Below are positions 11,940 to 24,674 of a DNA stretch of 64,000 bases, one piece after another. The first letter of the stretch is position 1. Each line of letters opens with the position of its first letter. Under the pieces are notes generated by a model. The model was not told the origin of the DNA. It worked only from the letters and a program-made list of their open reading frames with translations, and made no database searches. This DNA comes from Macrostomum lignano (lineage: Eukaryota). Where the stretch lies: contig NIVC01002016.1 in the NCBI GenBank assembly GCA_002269645.1, positions 920 to 64,919 on the forward strand. Direction: 5' to 3'. The position numbers and the translations under genes were made by a program.

Positions 11940-12767
11940 TGCTGCTCAGAGTGAGCTCAGGGCGCGCGGGATTCCGCAGGCTCTGCTGGGTGAGCACAGG
12001 CAACTCCGCCCACAGCCCTCCCCCTCCCGCTATTGTAGACCCGCTTTCAAACCCGGAGGGCTGAGCTGTCATTCAAATAATAGCCACCCGCCACCAGGGA
12101 GGTGAGAGGCAGGTGAGCAGAGTCGCCACCAGGGAGGTGAGAGGCAGGTGAGCAGAGCCGCCACCAGGGAGGTGAGAGGCAGGTGGGCAGAGCCGCCACC
12201 AGGGAGGTGAGAGGCAGGTGAGCAGAGAGGGCAGAGCCGCCACCAGGGAGGTGAGAGGCAGGTGAGCAGAGAGAGGGCAGAGCCGCCACCAGGGAGGTGA
12301 GAGGCAGGTGAGCAGAGAGGGCAGAGCCGCCACCAGGGAGGTGAGAGGCAGGTGAGCAGAGAGGGCAGAGCCGCCACCAGGGAGGTGAGAGGCAGGTGAG
12401 CAGAGAGAGGGCAGAGCCGCCACCAGGGAGGTGAGAGGCAGGTGAGCAGAGAGAGGGCAGAGCCGCCACCAGGGAGGTGAGAGGCAGGTGAGCAGAGAGA
12501 GGGCAGAGCCGCCACCAGGGAGGTGAGAGGCAGGTGAGCAGAGAGAGGGCAGAGCCGCCACCAGGGAGGTGAGAGGCAGGTGAGCAGAGAGAGGGCAGAG
12601 CCGCCACCAGGGAGGTGAGAGGCAGGTGAGCAGAGAGAGGGCAGAGCCGCCACCAGGGAGGTGAGAGGCAGGTGAGCAGAGGCCAGAGCCCATTGACCTT
12701 CATAGCAAACGGGCCACTTACATGTAGTTTCTTTAGTCAAAACCGGCTTCATTGCAACTAGCCAGCC
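11940..12767 (-). CDS. Two phase-compatible exons (about 12767-12722 and 12066-11940) of an unidentified gene
   Basis: TTTTTTAG|GCTGG...ACAT|GTAAGT and GAATGACAG|CTCAG...AGCA|GTAAGT, both phase 1/1, give GWLVAMKPVLTKETTSQPSGFESGSTIAGGGGLWAELPVLTQQSLRNPARPELTLSS. Flanking exons not resolved. Confidence 0.35.
12086..12680. repeat. 35-46-bp minisatellite
   Basis: GAGCCGCCACCAGGGAGGTGAGAGGCAGGTGAGCAGA(GA)nGGGCA, about 14 copies. Confidence 0.95.
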
Positions 12768-13129
12768 TAAAAAAGAATTAGAAATCATTTTTAATATACA
12801 TATTGCAAATTTCAATACTCAGTACTAACCTCTGTTAGTAGTAGCTAATTCAAAGCATCAATTAGCCACACACTGAATAATATCCGCGAGTTAGATAGAG
12901 ACAGGAAGTGAATTGGGGAGAAAAGGTAGGACAGTGAGTGGGATAAATTACTAATGACGAGAAAATTAACAGAGTCGTAGCGGAAGTAACTGTGAACGGA
13001 TTAAAATGGGATCCCGTTCGGTTGTGAGGGTGAAACAAAATACCCCTATAGAAGATGGACCAGCACAAGTGTAAATATAGAGTGATCAAGGGAGTTGCGA
13101 CATGACTGGCAGGTAAATAACGGGGGTAG

Positions 13130-13815
13130 GTAGAGAGGGGGGAGGAAAAGAGAGACAGGGGGACAGATGGAACCGGAGGAGGGAAAGGGGGAGAGGAATA
13201 TAGGGAAGAGGGATATAGGGGAGAGGGATATAGGGGAGAGGGAGAGAGAGAGGAGTGGAAGAGAGAGGGAGAGAGGGAGATAGACGGAGAGAGGAGAGTG
13301 GGAGAGAGAGGGAGAGTGGGAGAGAGAGGGAGAGTGGGAGAGAGAGGGAGAGAGGGAGAGAGAGGAGTGGGAGAGAGAGGGAGAGAAGGAGAGAAGGAGA
13401 GAGGGGAGTAGGAGAGAGAGGGAGAGAGGGAGAGAGGAGAGTGGGAGAGAGAGGGAGAATGGTAGAGAGAGGGACAGTGGGATAGAGAGGGAGAGAGAGG
13501 AGTGGGAGAGAGAGGGAGAGAAGGAGAGAAGGAGAGAGGGGAGTAGGAGAGAGAGGGAGAGAGGGAGAGAGGAGAGTGGGAGAGAGAGGGAGAATGGTAG
13601 AGAGAGGGACAGTGGGATAGAGAGGGAGAGAGAGAGGGGGGAGAGGGAGAGAGGGAGAGAGGAGAGTGGGCGAGAGAGGGAGAGTGGGAGAGAGAGGGAG
13701 AGAGAGGGGGGAGAGGGAGAGAGGGAGAGAGAGGAGTGGGAGAGAGAGGGAGAGAAGGAGAGAAGGAGAGAGGGGAGTAGGAGAGAGAGGGAGAGAAGGA
13801 GAGAAGGAGAGAGGG
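13130..13815. repeat. GA-rich low-complexity repeat
   Basis: GGAGAGAGAGG-type purine tract with internal duplications. Confidence 0.9.
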
Positions 13816-14764
13816 GATTACACATGCAGGAAAGCGAGTAGGAGCGTGGGAAGGAGAGAATAGATGAGCAAAAGGATAGGTGCAGGATGGCGCCGGAGTG
13901 GCAGAGGCCAGCAGTCTGCATGCAAACTTATTTAAATAATCCTTTCTATTCTCAAGTAGTGTTTGAAAACGCTGCTATTTCAACAATTTTTCAAGAAATC
14001 TGCAGTAGAGCAGTGAGTTCAGAGAATATCGCCAGTTAGGGCCTCTCCAAGCAGGCATTGAAAAATCAATGAATGAATGATGCGAGCAGCCTGTGTGAAG
14101 GGTCCTACCTATAGTATTAGAACTCATGGCTCAGGCACTCCGAATACCTGAAGGTTACAGAGGCAATGTGCTATACCGTCTTCTTCTTTTTTTCTGGAGC
14201 AGCGAAGTGTCTCCGCCGGGCCCCTATCGGTCTGTTGGCCACTCCAGATCCCAGCCTGGAAAAAAAAGTCATTTTTCTTTCCCTTCGCATGATTGCCGCC
14301 GCTCTTGAAGAAGAGGCTTGGAGTGGGAAGTGAAGGAAATTGAGTCGGAGGGGAGCTTCTGTCAGGATTTAACAAATGGTCGGGCCAGAGGAGGCTGGCC
14401 GGGAGCGATGAAGCGAGCTAGAGTAAAGCATAACCTCGTTGGTGTGCGAGGATCGCGGGGATGAGGTGCACAACGAACTTTATGAGAGACGATGAACATT
14501 TTTCTGCAAGCAGAAAATTTTAGCTCAGAAAGACTTTCATGGAGGAGCTTAAATCTCTGATCTGAAGCAAGCCACAGGGAAAAATAATTATCTTTCTTGC
14601 TTTCACGTCAACTCCTGTTACTGCTTTGCAACCTTTTTTACCTGTCTGCCTCGGCATATCACCGCTGCCTCGTGCTCTACTGCCGACTCTAATCCCCTCT
14701 AATCCGCTCTAATCCACTGTGGGTCTTCCGTGATGTCTGCCTCTTGGATTGACTCATAATCTCG

Positions 14765-15135
14765 ACCACTCTCCCTCTCTTACATTCTTCAGCTCTCCCT
14801 CTCTCCCTCACTCTCTCACCCTCTCCCTCTCACCCTCTCTCCCTCTCTCCCTCACTCTCTCACCCTCTCTCCCTCTCACTTTCTCTCCCTCTCACCCTGT
14901 ATCCCTCTCACCCTGTATCCCTCTCACCCTGTATCCCTCTCACCCTGTATCCCTCTCACCCTGTATCCCTCTCACCCTGTATCCCTCTCACCCTGTATCC
15001 CTCTCACCCTGTATCCCTCTCACCCTGTATCCCTCTCACCCTGTATCCCTCTCACCCTGTATCCCTCTCACCTTGTATGCCTCTCACCCTTCTTCTACTC
15101 TCCCTCTCCCCTCTCCCCTCTCTCCCTCTCTCGCC
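14765..15135. repeat. Pyrimidine-rich repeat including a 16-bp array
   Basis: (CCCTCTCACCCTGTAT)n core with CT-rich flanks. Confidence 0.9.
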
Positions 15136-15822
15136 TTTCTCAAAGTCTGCCCAGTAGTCTGAGTAGTCTTACTCACCCAAAAATATCTCAATATTTATAA
15201 AACCGGATCGGCCAGACTCAGAGTTCATCCCCACCGGAGCGGATCTTTTTCAGCTTCCCAGCTTCAACTCAATCGCTATTCAGCTGGTGCAGTGGTGCTC
15301 AGCCACCGATTCCCGCCCTTCCCCATCTGTCACTTCTCAAGAGTGCTACAAGCCGGCACAAAAAAAGCGAGATCACCAAAGCCAAGACCGGCGACGAGAG
15401 CTGAACTCAAGCACGGCTGAGCAGGGCAAGAAGGCATCGCTACTGGTATTTGAGTATGAGAAACTGAAAACCTGCGCCGCTCAGAGACCAGTGCCGCCCT
15501 GTACAGGGCCTCTCCCCATACTCCCTGCTCTGCCCATGTTAGATTTTAGTAACTGGAGACATTTCCAAGCGGAATTTTCCTATTCAAAAAATTGCAAACA
15601 TCCTCCCTGCCAAACTCACTCACTCGCTCCCTCTCTCTCTCTCTCTCCTCTCAATCTTCTGCCTGTCTTCAAGGCAGCTCAGGTGCGCGCGAGCAAGGCG
15701 ATAGAATACCTAGAATGGGAGAGAAAGAGGTGAGAGGCGGAGGCCGTTGGGGACAGCCGGGATTCAGCAGCCGCTGAGATGGGGAAGCTGAGGGAAGGGG
15801 ACGGCTTGACTGAACAGGGAGT

Positions 15823-16974
15823 TCAGGCTGTCAGCTGGGGGAATTTCGCCTGCGGCGTCCGACCGGCCGACACCGAGGGGCTCCAGTTGGCGGCGCTGCT
15901 GCTGTAGCTGGAGACGCTGACGCTGCGATCGTACACTTGCTGCGGCTGCTGCTGCTGCTGATGATGATGATGAAGCTGTTGGAGATGCTGTGGCGTCTGG
16001 CCGAGCCGGCCTATCAGAGGCGAACCGGCGGCGCTTTTGCTGGCTGAGCCGCTTCTGTAGGCAGACGGCGAGGATGCCTGCCGCTGGTACAGCAGGCCGC
16101 CGTGCTGATGCTGCTGATGCGCCAGCAGCGGCTGCCTGGCTGGCGATCCCTGGCCAATGGAGTCCATGCCAGCCATGGAGCTCATGGCCGTCAGCGGGAT
16201 GCACTCCGGCGGCAGCTTCAACCCGTCCGCGCCGACAAAGCCGCCGCTCTTGATCAAACTGCCGGCGTTGAGATCGTTGTCGTTGTCGGCGTCGCGATCC
16301 TCTTCATCGTCGTCTTCGAAGTGCTCGGCCCTCGCGCTGACGCCGCGGCGGCCGATGACTGTTGAGCGCCCGAGACCCGAGCTGCAGCAGCCGCCGCCAC
16401 CGCCGCCGCCACCGCCGCCGCCTCCGCCCGTGGCTTCAAAGTAAACGTAGCGCTTGAAGGCGAAGACGGACTGGAAGGAGCTCGCCAGGATCTGCGCCGA
16501 GTGCGCTGTCACGGCCACGATGTGGAGGAAAATTCGACGGTCGATGCCGCGGCACCGGCTGACCAGGTACCAGTCCTGCTGGAAGTCGGCGCTGCCCGCC
16601 ACGTAGCGGCGCAGGTCGGACTCGACCAGAACGCCGACAATGCTCATGCCGATGGCCATGAGGCCCAGCATGGCAGCTAGCAGGCTCAGCACCATGCTGC
16701 TGATTGAGGCGCGCGCGCCGCCGCTGCCGCGTGAGGTGCCGAGCGCCAGCAGGCCGTTGGCGGCGTAGAAGGCGCCGGTCCAGGTGCCAACGGCCAGGAA
16801 GCCGGCGAAGCACTGGTCGAAGTGGCATGCGATCGAGGCGACAAACGCGGCCGCGCCTGTGCCGATCTGGGCCAGCGCGGTGGCCTGCACCCGCTTGGCG
16901 AAGGGCGAGCCGCCGCCACTACCGCCGCCGCCGCCTTCGCTGTCGCCGCCGTCTCGAGCACAACGCCGGCACAT
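15823..16974 (-). CDS. MS4A/CD20-like four-transmembrane protein (about 383 aa), single coding exon
   Basis: ATG at 16974 preceded by acceptor ACCATACAG 13 nt upstream. Four hydrophobic segments (QIGTGAAAFVASIAC; FLAVGTWTGAFYAANGLLAL; ISSMVLSLLAAMLGLMAIGMSIVGVLV; IFLHIVAVTAHSAQILASSFQSVFAF). The TM2 W-x-G-x-F motif resembles MS4A. Long disordered tail with poly-G/H/Q runs; GC3-rich codons. Confidence 0.7.
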   Translation of the reverse strand: MCRRCARDGGDSEGGGGGSGGGSPFAKRVQATALAQIGTGAAAFVASIACHFDQCFAGFLAVGTWTGAFYAANGLLALGTSRGSGGARASISSMVLSLLAAMLGLMAIGMSIVGVLVESDLRRYVAGSADFQQDWYLVSRCRGIDRRIFLHIVAVTAHSAQILASSFQSVFAFKRYVYFEATGGGGGGGGGGGGGCCSSGLGRSTVIGRRGVSARAEHFEDDDEEDRDADNDNDLNAGSLIKSGGFVGADGLKLPPECIPLTAMSSMAGMDSIGQGSPARQPLLAHQQHQHGGLLYQRQASSPSAYRSGSASKSAAGSPLIGRLGQTPQHLQQLHHHHQQQQQPQQVYDRSVSVSSYSSSAANWSPSVSAGRTPQAKFPQLTA

Positions 16975-17214
16975 GATTTCAATTATTCTGTATGGTAAAG
17001 TGAAGCGCCTCGGCTGCAAGGTAGCCAGGGCAGCCGCTGTAGAATTGAGGAGACTGGGAGGGCAGGGGGTGCCTATCTTATGAGCAGAAGCGCTGAAAGC
17101 TCTGCTATTGGCCGGGACCGCCGGGCTGAGGACTGGATGGCGTGACAGGGTGAGTGGATACGCCCTCGCCTTCGCTTCTGACTCCTTGACCGTGGGATAG
17201 ATTAGCAACCCATG

Positions 17215-18045
17215 TACTAGATTATGAATTCAGTCTAGTATTTTCATGATATTTTATTAGATTAGCGATCCTTTCCACTGCTACATCAATGGTGACTAGA
17301 TTAGCAATCCATTCTAATCCTTCATCACTCGTGTTGGCTAGATTAGCAAGCCATTCTAATCCTTTATTACTCATGTTGGCTAGATTAGCAATCCATTCTA
17401 ATCCTTGATCACTCGTGCTCGTGCTCACTAGATTAGCAATCCATTCTAATCCTTCATCACTCATGCTCACTAGATTAGCAATCCATTTTAATCCTTGATC
17501 ACTCGTGTTGGCTAGATTAGCGAACCGTTCTAATCCTTATCCACATGTGTTGGTTAGATTAGCAATCCATTCTAATCCTTCATCACTCATGTTCACTAGA
17601 TTAGCAATCCATTCTAATCCTTCATCACTCGTGTTCACTAGATTAGCAATCCATTCTAATCCTTCATCACTCGTGTTGTCTAGATTAGCGAACCGTTCTA
17701 ATCCTTATCCACATGTGTTGGCTAGATTAGCAATCCATTCTAATCCTTCATCACCCATGTTGGCTAGATTAGCAATCATTCCAATCCTGTATCACTCGTG
17801 TTGGCTAGATTAGCAATCCATTCTAATCCTTCATCGCTCATGCTCACTAGATTAGCAATCCATTCGAATCCTTTATCACTCATGTTGGCTAGATTAGCAA
17901 TCCTTTCTAATCCTTTATCACTCATGTTGGCTAGATTAGCGAACCATTCTAATCCTTTATTACTCATGTTGGCTAGATTAGCAAGCCATTCTAATCCTTC
18001 ATCACTCGTGTTGGCTAGATTAGCAATCCATTCTAATCCTTCATT
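17215..18045 (-). repeat. 42-bp minisatellite carrying the GGATTGCTAATCTA core on the minus strand
   Basis: Plus-strand unit CTAGATTAGCAATCCATTCTAATCCTTCATCACTCGTGTTGG, about 19 copies. Confidence 0.95.
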
Positions 18046-18684
18046 CTCTCTATGATGCGCAACATGGCAGATCGGGTCAGCCGCAGTGCAATAATCATAT
18101 TGTCGAATCATTGTGCAAAGCGGAGCCCGGGGCTAAAAAAGAAGACAGGATTTGCTGCTCGCAAATTGCTTGGGCGGGGCTTCTAGCCTCTTTGACTAGA
18201 GAGTCGCTTCTTCTTTTGTTACTTTAACCAGCCCACCTGGCCTCATTCGGGGCCGCCTCCCGACCTACCCCGAAGCGGGATCATTAGCGAGCAGCATACC
18301 AAGCCTCCCCTCGCCATCATTCCGTTCCCCCCTTTGCTCTCCCATTTTCTCAATCATTTAATGCATCATTTTTGCATGGAAACTCCTATTCTGTATTAGA
18401 AATAAAGAATCTGAGGAATAACTCCTGTCGGATGCTCTATTCCATAACAGCTACTATAAGTAGTGGAACAAGAGCGAGCCTACACACCATTCACATCAAA
18501 TAGCATTGCTTATCTTCCAGGTAACATTAAATATTTCCCTGTGTGCTGCTCTGGCCAAATTTAAGCAGTTTTTGTTTAAAAACATTAAAAATATTAAAAA
18601 CAATTGATTTGAATAATTAAAAACAAATTATTCAAATACTAGTCAAATTCAATCTATCAATATGCGACAAGAAAGCGCATCCAA

Positions 18685-20020
18685 TTGGACACCCGGACAC
18701 ACCTGATAGAACACAAGGACACACCTGATAGGACACAAGGACATACCAGACAACGAACCCGGACACACCTGATAGGACACAAGGACACACCTGATAGAAC
18801 ACAAGGACACACCTGATAGAACACAAGGACACACCTGATAGAACACAAGAACACACCTGATAGGACACAAGGACACACCGGACAACAAACCCGGACACAC
18901 CTGGAAGGACACAAGGACACACCAAACAGGACATTCGGACACACATGATAGGACACAAGGACACACCTGGAAGGACACAAGGACACACCTGGAAGGACAC
19001 AAGGACACACCAGACAGGACATTCGGACACACCTGATAGGACACAAGGACACACCTGATAGGACACAAGGACACACCTGATAGAACACAAGGACACACCT
19101 GATAGAACACAAGAACACACCTGATAGGACACAAGGACACACCGGACAACAAACCCGGACACACCTGGAAGGACACAAGGACACACCAAACAGGACATTC
19201 GGACACACATGATAGGACACAAGGACACACCTGGAAGGACACAAGGACACACCAGACAGGACATTCGGACACACCTGATAGGACACAAGGACACACCTGA
19301 TAGAACACAAGGACACACCTGATAGAACACAAGGACACACCTGATAGAACACAAGAACACACCTGATAGGACACAAGGACACACCGGACAACAAACCCGG
19401 ACACACCTGGAAGGACACAAGGACACACCAAACAGGACATTCGGACACACATGATAGGACACAAGGACACACCTGGAAGGACGCAAGGACACACCAGACA
19501 GGACATTCGGACACACCTGATAGGACACAAGGACACACCTGATAGGACACAAGGACACACCTGATAGGACACAAGGACACACCTGATAGGACACAAGGAC
19601 ACACCAGACAGGACATTCGGACACACCTGATAGGACACAAGGACACACCTGATAGAACACAAGGACACACCTGATAGAACACAAGGACACACCTGATAGA
19701 ACACAAGAACACACCTGATAGGACACAAGGACACACCGGACAACAAACCCGGACACACCTGGAAGGACACAAGGACACACCAAACAGGACTTTCGGACAC
19801 ACATGATAGGACACAAGGACACACCTGGAAGGACGCAAGGACACACCAGACAGGACATTCGGACACACCTGATAGGACACAAGGACACACCTGATAGGAC
19901 ACAAGGACACACCTGATAGGACACAAGGACACACCTGATAGGACACAAGGACACACCAGACAGGACATTCGGACACACCTGATAGGACACAAGGACACAC
20001 CTGATAGAACACAAGGACAC
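18685..20020. repeat. 22-bp minisatellite with ordered variant blocks
   Basis: GACACACCTGATAGGACACAAG with recurring variant cassettes (CCGGACAACAAACCC, CAGACAGGACATTCG). Confidence 0.97.
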
Positions 20021-21447
20021 TGTAAGCCAGGGAGCACCAGAAAAAGAAACTACAGAACAATTCCCGCACTGATTGGCCTTGTATCCCTCCAGCTTGATAC
20101 TCCAATTTCATGCGCAGTCAGGCCCGAGCTGAAGCCCCAACTGCGGCTCAGGCACAGCTGAACTGATCAAGTGGAGTCCAGTGTTTGCCCATCGCCAAGA
20201 GAATCAGAGACAGAGAGGGGGAGAAACTGAGAAAGACAGAGTTTTAGATAGAGAGAAGATCAGTAAAGTCTCTCGATTTCTCCCTAGTCCTTGAGTTTCT
20301 TTCCAGTCCAATTAGATTTACGCTGAGAGAGAGATTGAGATTGAGTAGAATTCAAGCCAATCGATTGAACAGACAGTTGCCTTAAGTTATGGAGTTTCAA
20401 AAATATTATACTAACGTCTCACTAACAGTACTTGTACGTACATAAGTACTGCTTTTGTTCTCCATTCTCTAGAGCAGCAGTCACTACACTCGGCCATAGA
20501 CAAAAATAGTGTGGACCAGCTTCAAGGAGTTCTATAGTTAGCATCTGGAGTGGAAACGAGGTCAGGTCAAGGCTCTGCTCTCTAGTTAAAAGACAATCAA
20601 GTTTTCTGGCTACATTTCTACATGATTTCTACCCTGGGAGAGGCTAAAAACTGAAAAAATACAATTTCCAATGAATCTGCACTGACCTTCGGGTTGTCTC
20701 TATGCTTCAGCCTTGCTGTTAGAATTGGGAGCCAGGGCAGGGTGCGCATTTCCGTCTGAACAAATCAATTACTACGAAGCAGCTCAAATAGACATGAAAA
20801 TACACTTTAGGCTCGAGTCTGGGAGATCGTTGGGCCATCCCAGGGCTTAAGCGGTTTAACTATTCCTGGAACTATTCCTGGATGGAATTTCTCAACCCAT
20901 CGAAAATTCACATATCATATCTGCATTTGATATTATGGAGAACTACCTATACATTTATTTGAGCCGATTTCTGTATATTTAAATGATGTAGCATCTTTAG
21001 CAGCAAAAGCAGCAGACAGGCAATATGAGACCTCTTGTTGACTCAAGTAGCGAATGTCCCACTTGCACTTGCAAGCCAGCTATCCTGAACTTCCATGGTA
21101 TATATTTGACACGACCTGGCCTAGAACCACCTCCAGTCTTCTGCTCCACTGATTTCTTGTACCTCCAGGTAGCACAGCGCACTAATTAAAACGGCCTCCC
21201 GATCTTATCAGTTCAATTTAACTAATTACCTTATGCCGAGCGGGTGAGAGAGTAGATGAAAAAAACTGTAGACTATTTTTTCTCCCTAAAGTTATGGGTA
21301 TGGCAATGACCTTCTGGGATTGAAACCCGGCTATAAGACCGTGGGCTTCCATAGTATAGCGATTGTCTATTGGCTGGTTTCAATATTAATGATTAGAATT
21401 TGTCCTTGTACTTTGCCTTATCCTTTTAGATGTTATTGAAGAATCTC

Positions 21448-22262
21448 ATCTCAGGGTGAGATGTTAGTGAAGAGTCTCAGGGTGAGATTTTAGTGAAGAA
21501 GAGTCTCCGGGGTGAGATGTTAGTGAAGAATCTCAGGGTGAGATGTTAGTGAAGAATCTCAGGGTGAGATTTTAGTGAAGAAGAGTCTCAGGGTGAGATG
21601 TTAGTGAAGAGTCTCAGGGTGAGATTTTAGTGAAGAGTCTCAGGGTGAGATTTTAGTGAAGAAGAATCTCCAGGGTGAGATGTTAGTGAAGAATCTCAGG
21701 GTGAGATGTTAGTGAAGAAGAGTCTCCGGGTGAGATGTTAGTGAAGAATCTCAGGGTGAGATGTTAGTGAAGAGTCTCAGGGTGAGATGTTAGTGAAGAG
21801 TCTCAGGGTGAGATTTTAGTGAAGAAGAGTCTCCGGGTGAGATGTTAGTGAAGAATCTCCGGGTGAGATGTTAGTGAAGAATCTCAGGGTGAGATTTTAG
21901 TGAAGAAGAGTCTCAGGGTGAGATGTTAGTGAAGAGTCTCAGGGTGAGATTTTAGTGAAGAGTCTCAGGGTGAGATTTTAGTGAAGAAGAATCTCCAGGG
22001 TGAGATGTTAGTGAAGAATCTCAGGGTGAGATGTTAGTGAAGAAGAGTCTCCGGGTGAGATGTTAGTGAAGAATCTCAGGGTGAGATGTTAGTGAAGAGT
22101 CTCAGGGTGAGATGTTAGTGAAGAGTCTCAGGGTGAGATTTTAGTGAAGAAGAGTCTCCGGGTGAGATGTTAGTGAAGAATCTCAGGGTGAGATGTTAGT
22201 GAAGAATCTCAGGGTGAGATGTTAAAGAAGAATCTCAGGGTGAGATGCTAGTGAAGAATCTC
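21448..22262. repeat. 26-30-bp minisatellite (left arm of an inverted pair)
   Basis: CTCAGGGTGAGATGTTAGTGAAGA(A/G)T. Confidence 0.95.
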
Positions 22263-22799
22263 AAAATATAGATATACCTCAAGACCGGCAGTGCTTTAAA
22301 ACTGTGCAAATATCAAGGCCCTCAATAACAATTAGCAGCGTTTTAAAAGGAATTTCCTTTCAATGTCAGGCCAGCAGGCGCTTCCAGTTGCTGCTTCAAC
22401 CCCCCGCTGCTCCCGTTCAGCCCCTCGTAGGAATGCGTGTGGGTTTCGGAGACGCTGGACTGAGCAGCAGCAGAAATCCCTGGCGGTTGCCTTGGCAACT
22501 GAGTTGAGAAGAATGAGAGGCAGGGGCAGTGGGTGAAGGAGTTTGTGGCGGAGGATCCTGCCAGTGGAGAGTGGCTTCTCTATTGACTTTTAATGAGAAT
22601 CGGGGCTGGAGACTGGGGCTTGAGTAGACGGACGACTGCAGCACAGATGTCGGAGCCGCGCTTGCTCACCAGCCGCACTGTGGAATATTGATTGTGGCTG
22701 GTCGATGCTCCTCATGATTTATCACTGCTGAGCTCTGCTGCACTTCAGGCAGCTGCGGACACTTCAAGTTGGGGGAGTGGCTTGGCAAATCAATGTTAA

Positions 22800-23790
22800 T
22801 TCTCACTGAGATTCCTTACTGGAATCTCGCTGAGATTCCTTACTAAACTCTCGCTGAGATTCCTTACTGGAATCTCGCTGAGATTCCTTACTAAACTCTC
22901 GCTGAGATTCCTTACTGGAATCTCGCTGAGATTCCTTACAGGACTCTCGCTGAGATTCATTACTGGACTCTCGCTGAGATTCCTTACAGGACTCTCACTG
23001 AGATTCATTACTGGACTCTCGCTGAGATTCCTTACAGGACTCTCACTGAGATTCATTACTGGACTCTCGCTGAGATTCCTTACAGGACTCTCACTGAGAT
23101 TCATTACTGGACTCTCACTGAGATTCCTTACTGGACTCTCGCTGAGATTCCTTACAGGACTCTCGCTGAGATTCATTACTAGACTCTCACTGAGATTCCT
23201 TACTGGACTCTCACTGAGATTCCTTACTGGACTCTCACTGAGATTCATTACTGGACTCTCGCTGAGATTCATTACAGGACTCTCGCTGAGATTCCTTACT
23301 GGACTCTCACTGAGATTCATTACTGGACTCTCGCTGAGATTCATTACAGGACTCTCGCTGAGATTCCTTACTGGACTCTCACTGAGATTCCTTACTGGAC
23401 TCTCACTGAGATTCATTACTGGACTCTCGCTGAGATTCATTACTGGAATTTCGCTGGAATCTCATCCTGAGAATTTTCACTGGAGTCTTACCCTGAGCTT
23501 TTTCATTGGAATCTCATCCTGAGAATTTTCACTGCAGTCTTACCTGAGATTTTTTATTGGAATCTCACCCTGGGATTCTTCACTAGAATCTCACCCTGAG
23601 ATTTTTCACTAGAATCTCACCCTGAGATTCTTTACTGGAGTCTCACCCTGAGATTCTTCACTAGAGTATCATCCTGAGATTCTTCACTGGAGTCTCATCA
23701 TGAGATTCTTCACTGGAGTCTCACCATGAGATTCTTCACCGGAGTCTCATCATGAGATTCTGCACTGGAGTCTCACCTTGAGATTCCTAA
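22800..23790. repeat. 24-bp array (22800-23445) grading into a 26-bp array (23455-23790) that is the inverse of the 21448 array
   Basis: CTCGCTGAGATTCCTTACTGGACT, then CTCACCCTGAGATTCTTCACTAGAAT. Confidence 0.93.
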
Positions 23791-24674
23791 CTATCTTCAA
23801 TAAAATCAAACAAAGAACAGTTCGGAAAGTTTTGGAAGGCTGGCATTTGCAGAGGATTCGAAGAGTCTCATTTTATTACTATCATCGTTACTGACCCATG
23901 TCTGCTGCCTCTCCCAGCCCAAGCTGTTGGAATCCCCGGGCCCGTGCGGAAAAAATCCTCCGGCTTTCAAATCTCGGTGCGCCGCGCATCGATGCGAACA
24001 CCGAATGCCTCTGCGAATTTCTAGAATCCTTAGAGACGGGGAGGCTGGATGCCCTCCCCCTGCACATGCTGGTTGGCTCAACGGGAGAGGGGAGGGAGGG
24101 GAACGCAGGAGAGAGAGAGGGGGACCCCTGGTAGCTGGGGAAAAGTGGAGAACTCATGTCCAAGGGCTAATATTTGCGCAGCCCTGGCGCGCGGGTCCTC
24201 AATCTTCAGCTCGGAGGAACTGCGGGTGAGAAAAAAAAACCTACTGCAGATTCGCATTGGCACGAGCCAAAGTATAAAGCTAATAACAGCCGGGCATCAG
24301 CTCTGGTGACACCTCTCAGCGAAAGACACCTAGCTGATACAAATTGAATATCTGGGAAGACGCTGAGCAATGTCAGATCCACAAGTCATAGCAACTGAAC
24401 CGCATCTCAACTCCTTTTATCCGCGCTAACTTTAAGTTAAGGTAAGTCCGATCAGGCTGCGTAAAGTCTGCATTTATTTTCCTATAATCTCTGCCATCCT
24501 CTCTTTTTCCCAGGAGCCTCGCTCCGTCCTCCAGACTGATTGATCGAGTGTGTGAGTGCTAGGGGAGCCGGGGAGCAGCTCAGCTCTCATGCTGTGAGCT
24601 CCCTCTTGGCGCTGCTCCGGTCTCATGGCTAGCATGCCGGTTAGCTTATATGGGTTTGAATCAGCCCACTGTCT

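Noticed and set aside
15990-17083. Overlapping plus-strand ORFs opposite the MS4A-like gene
   Set aside because: Shadow ORFs caused by high GC3 content.
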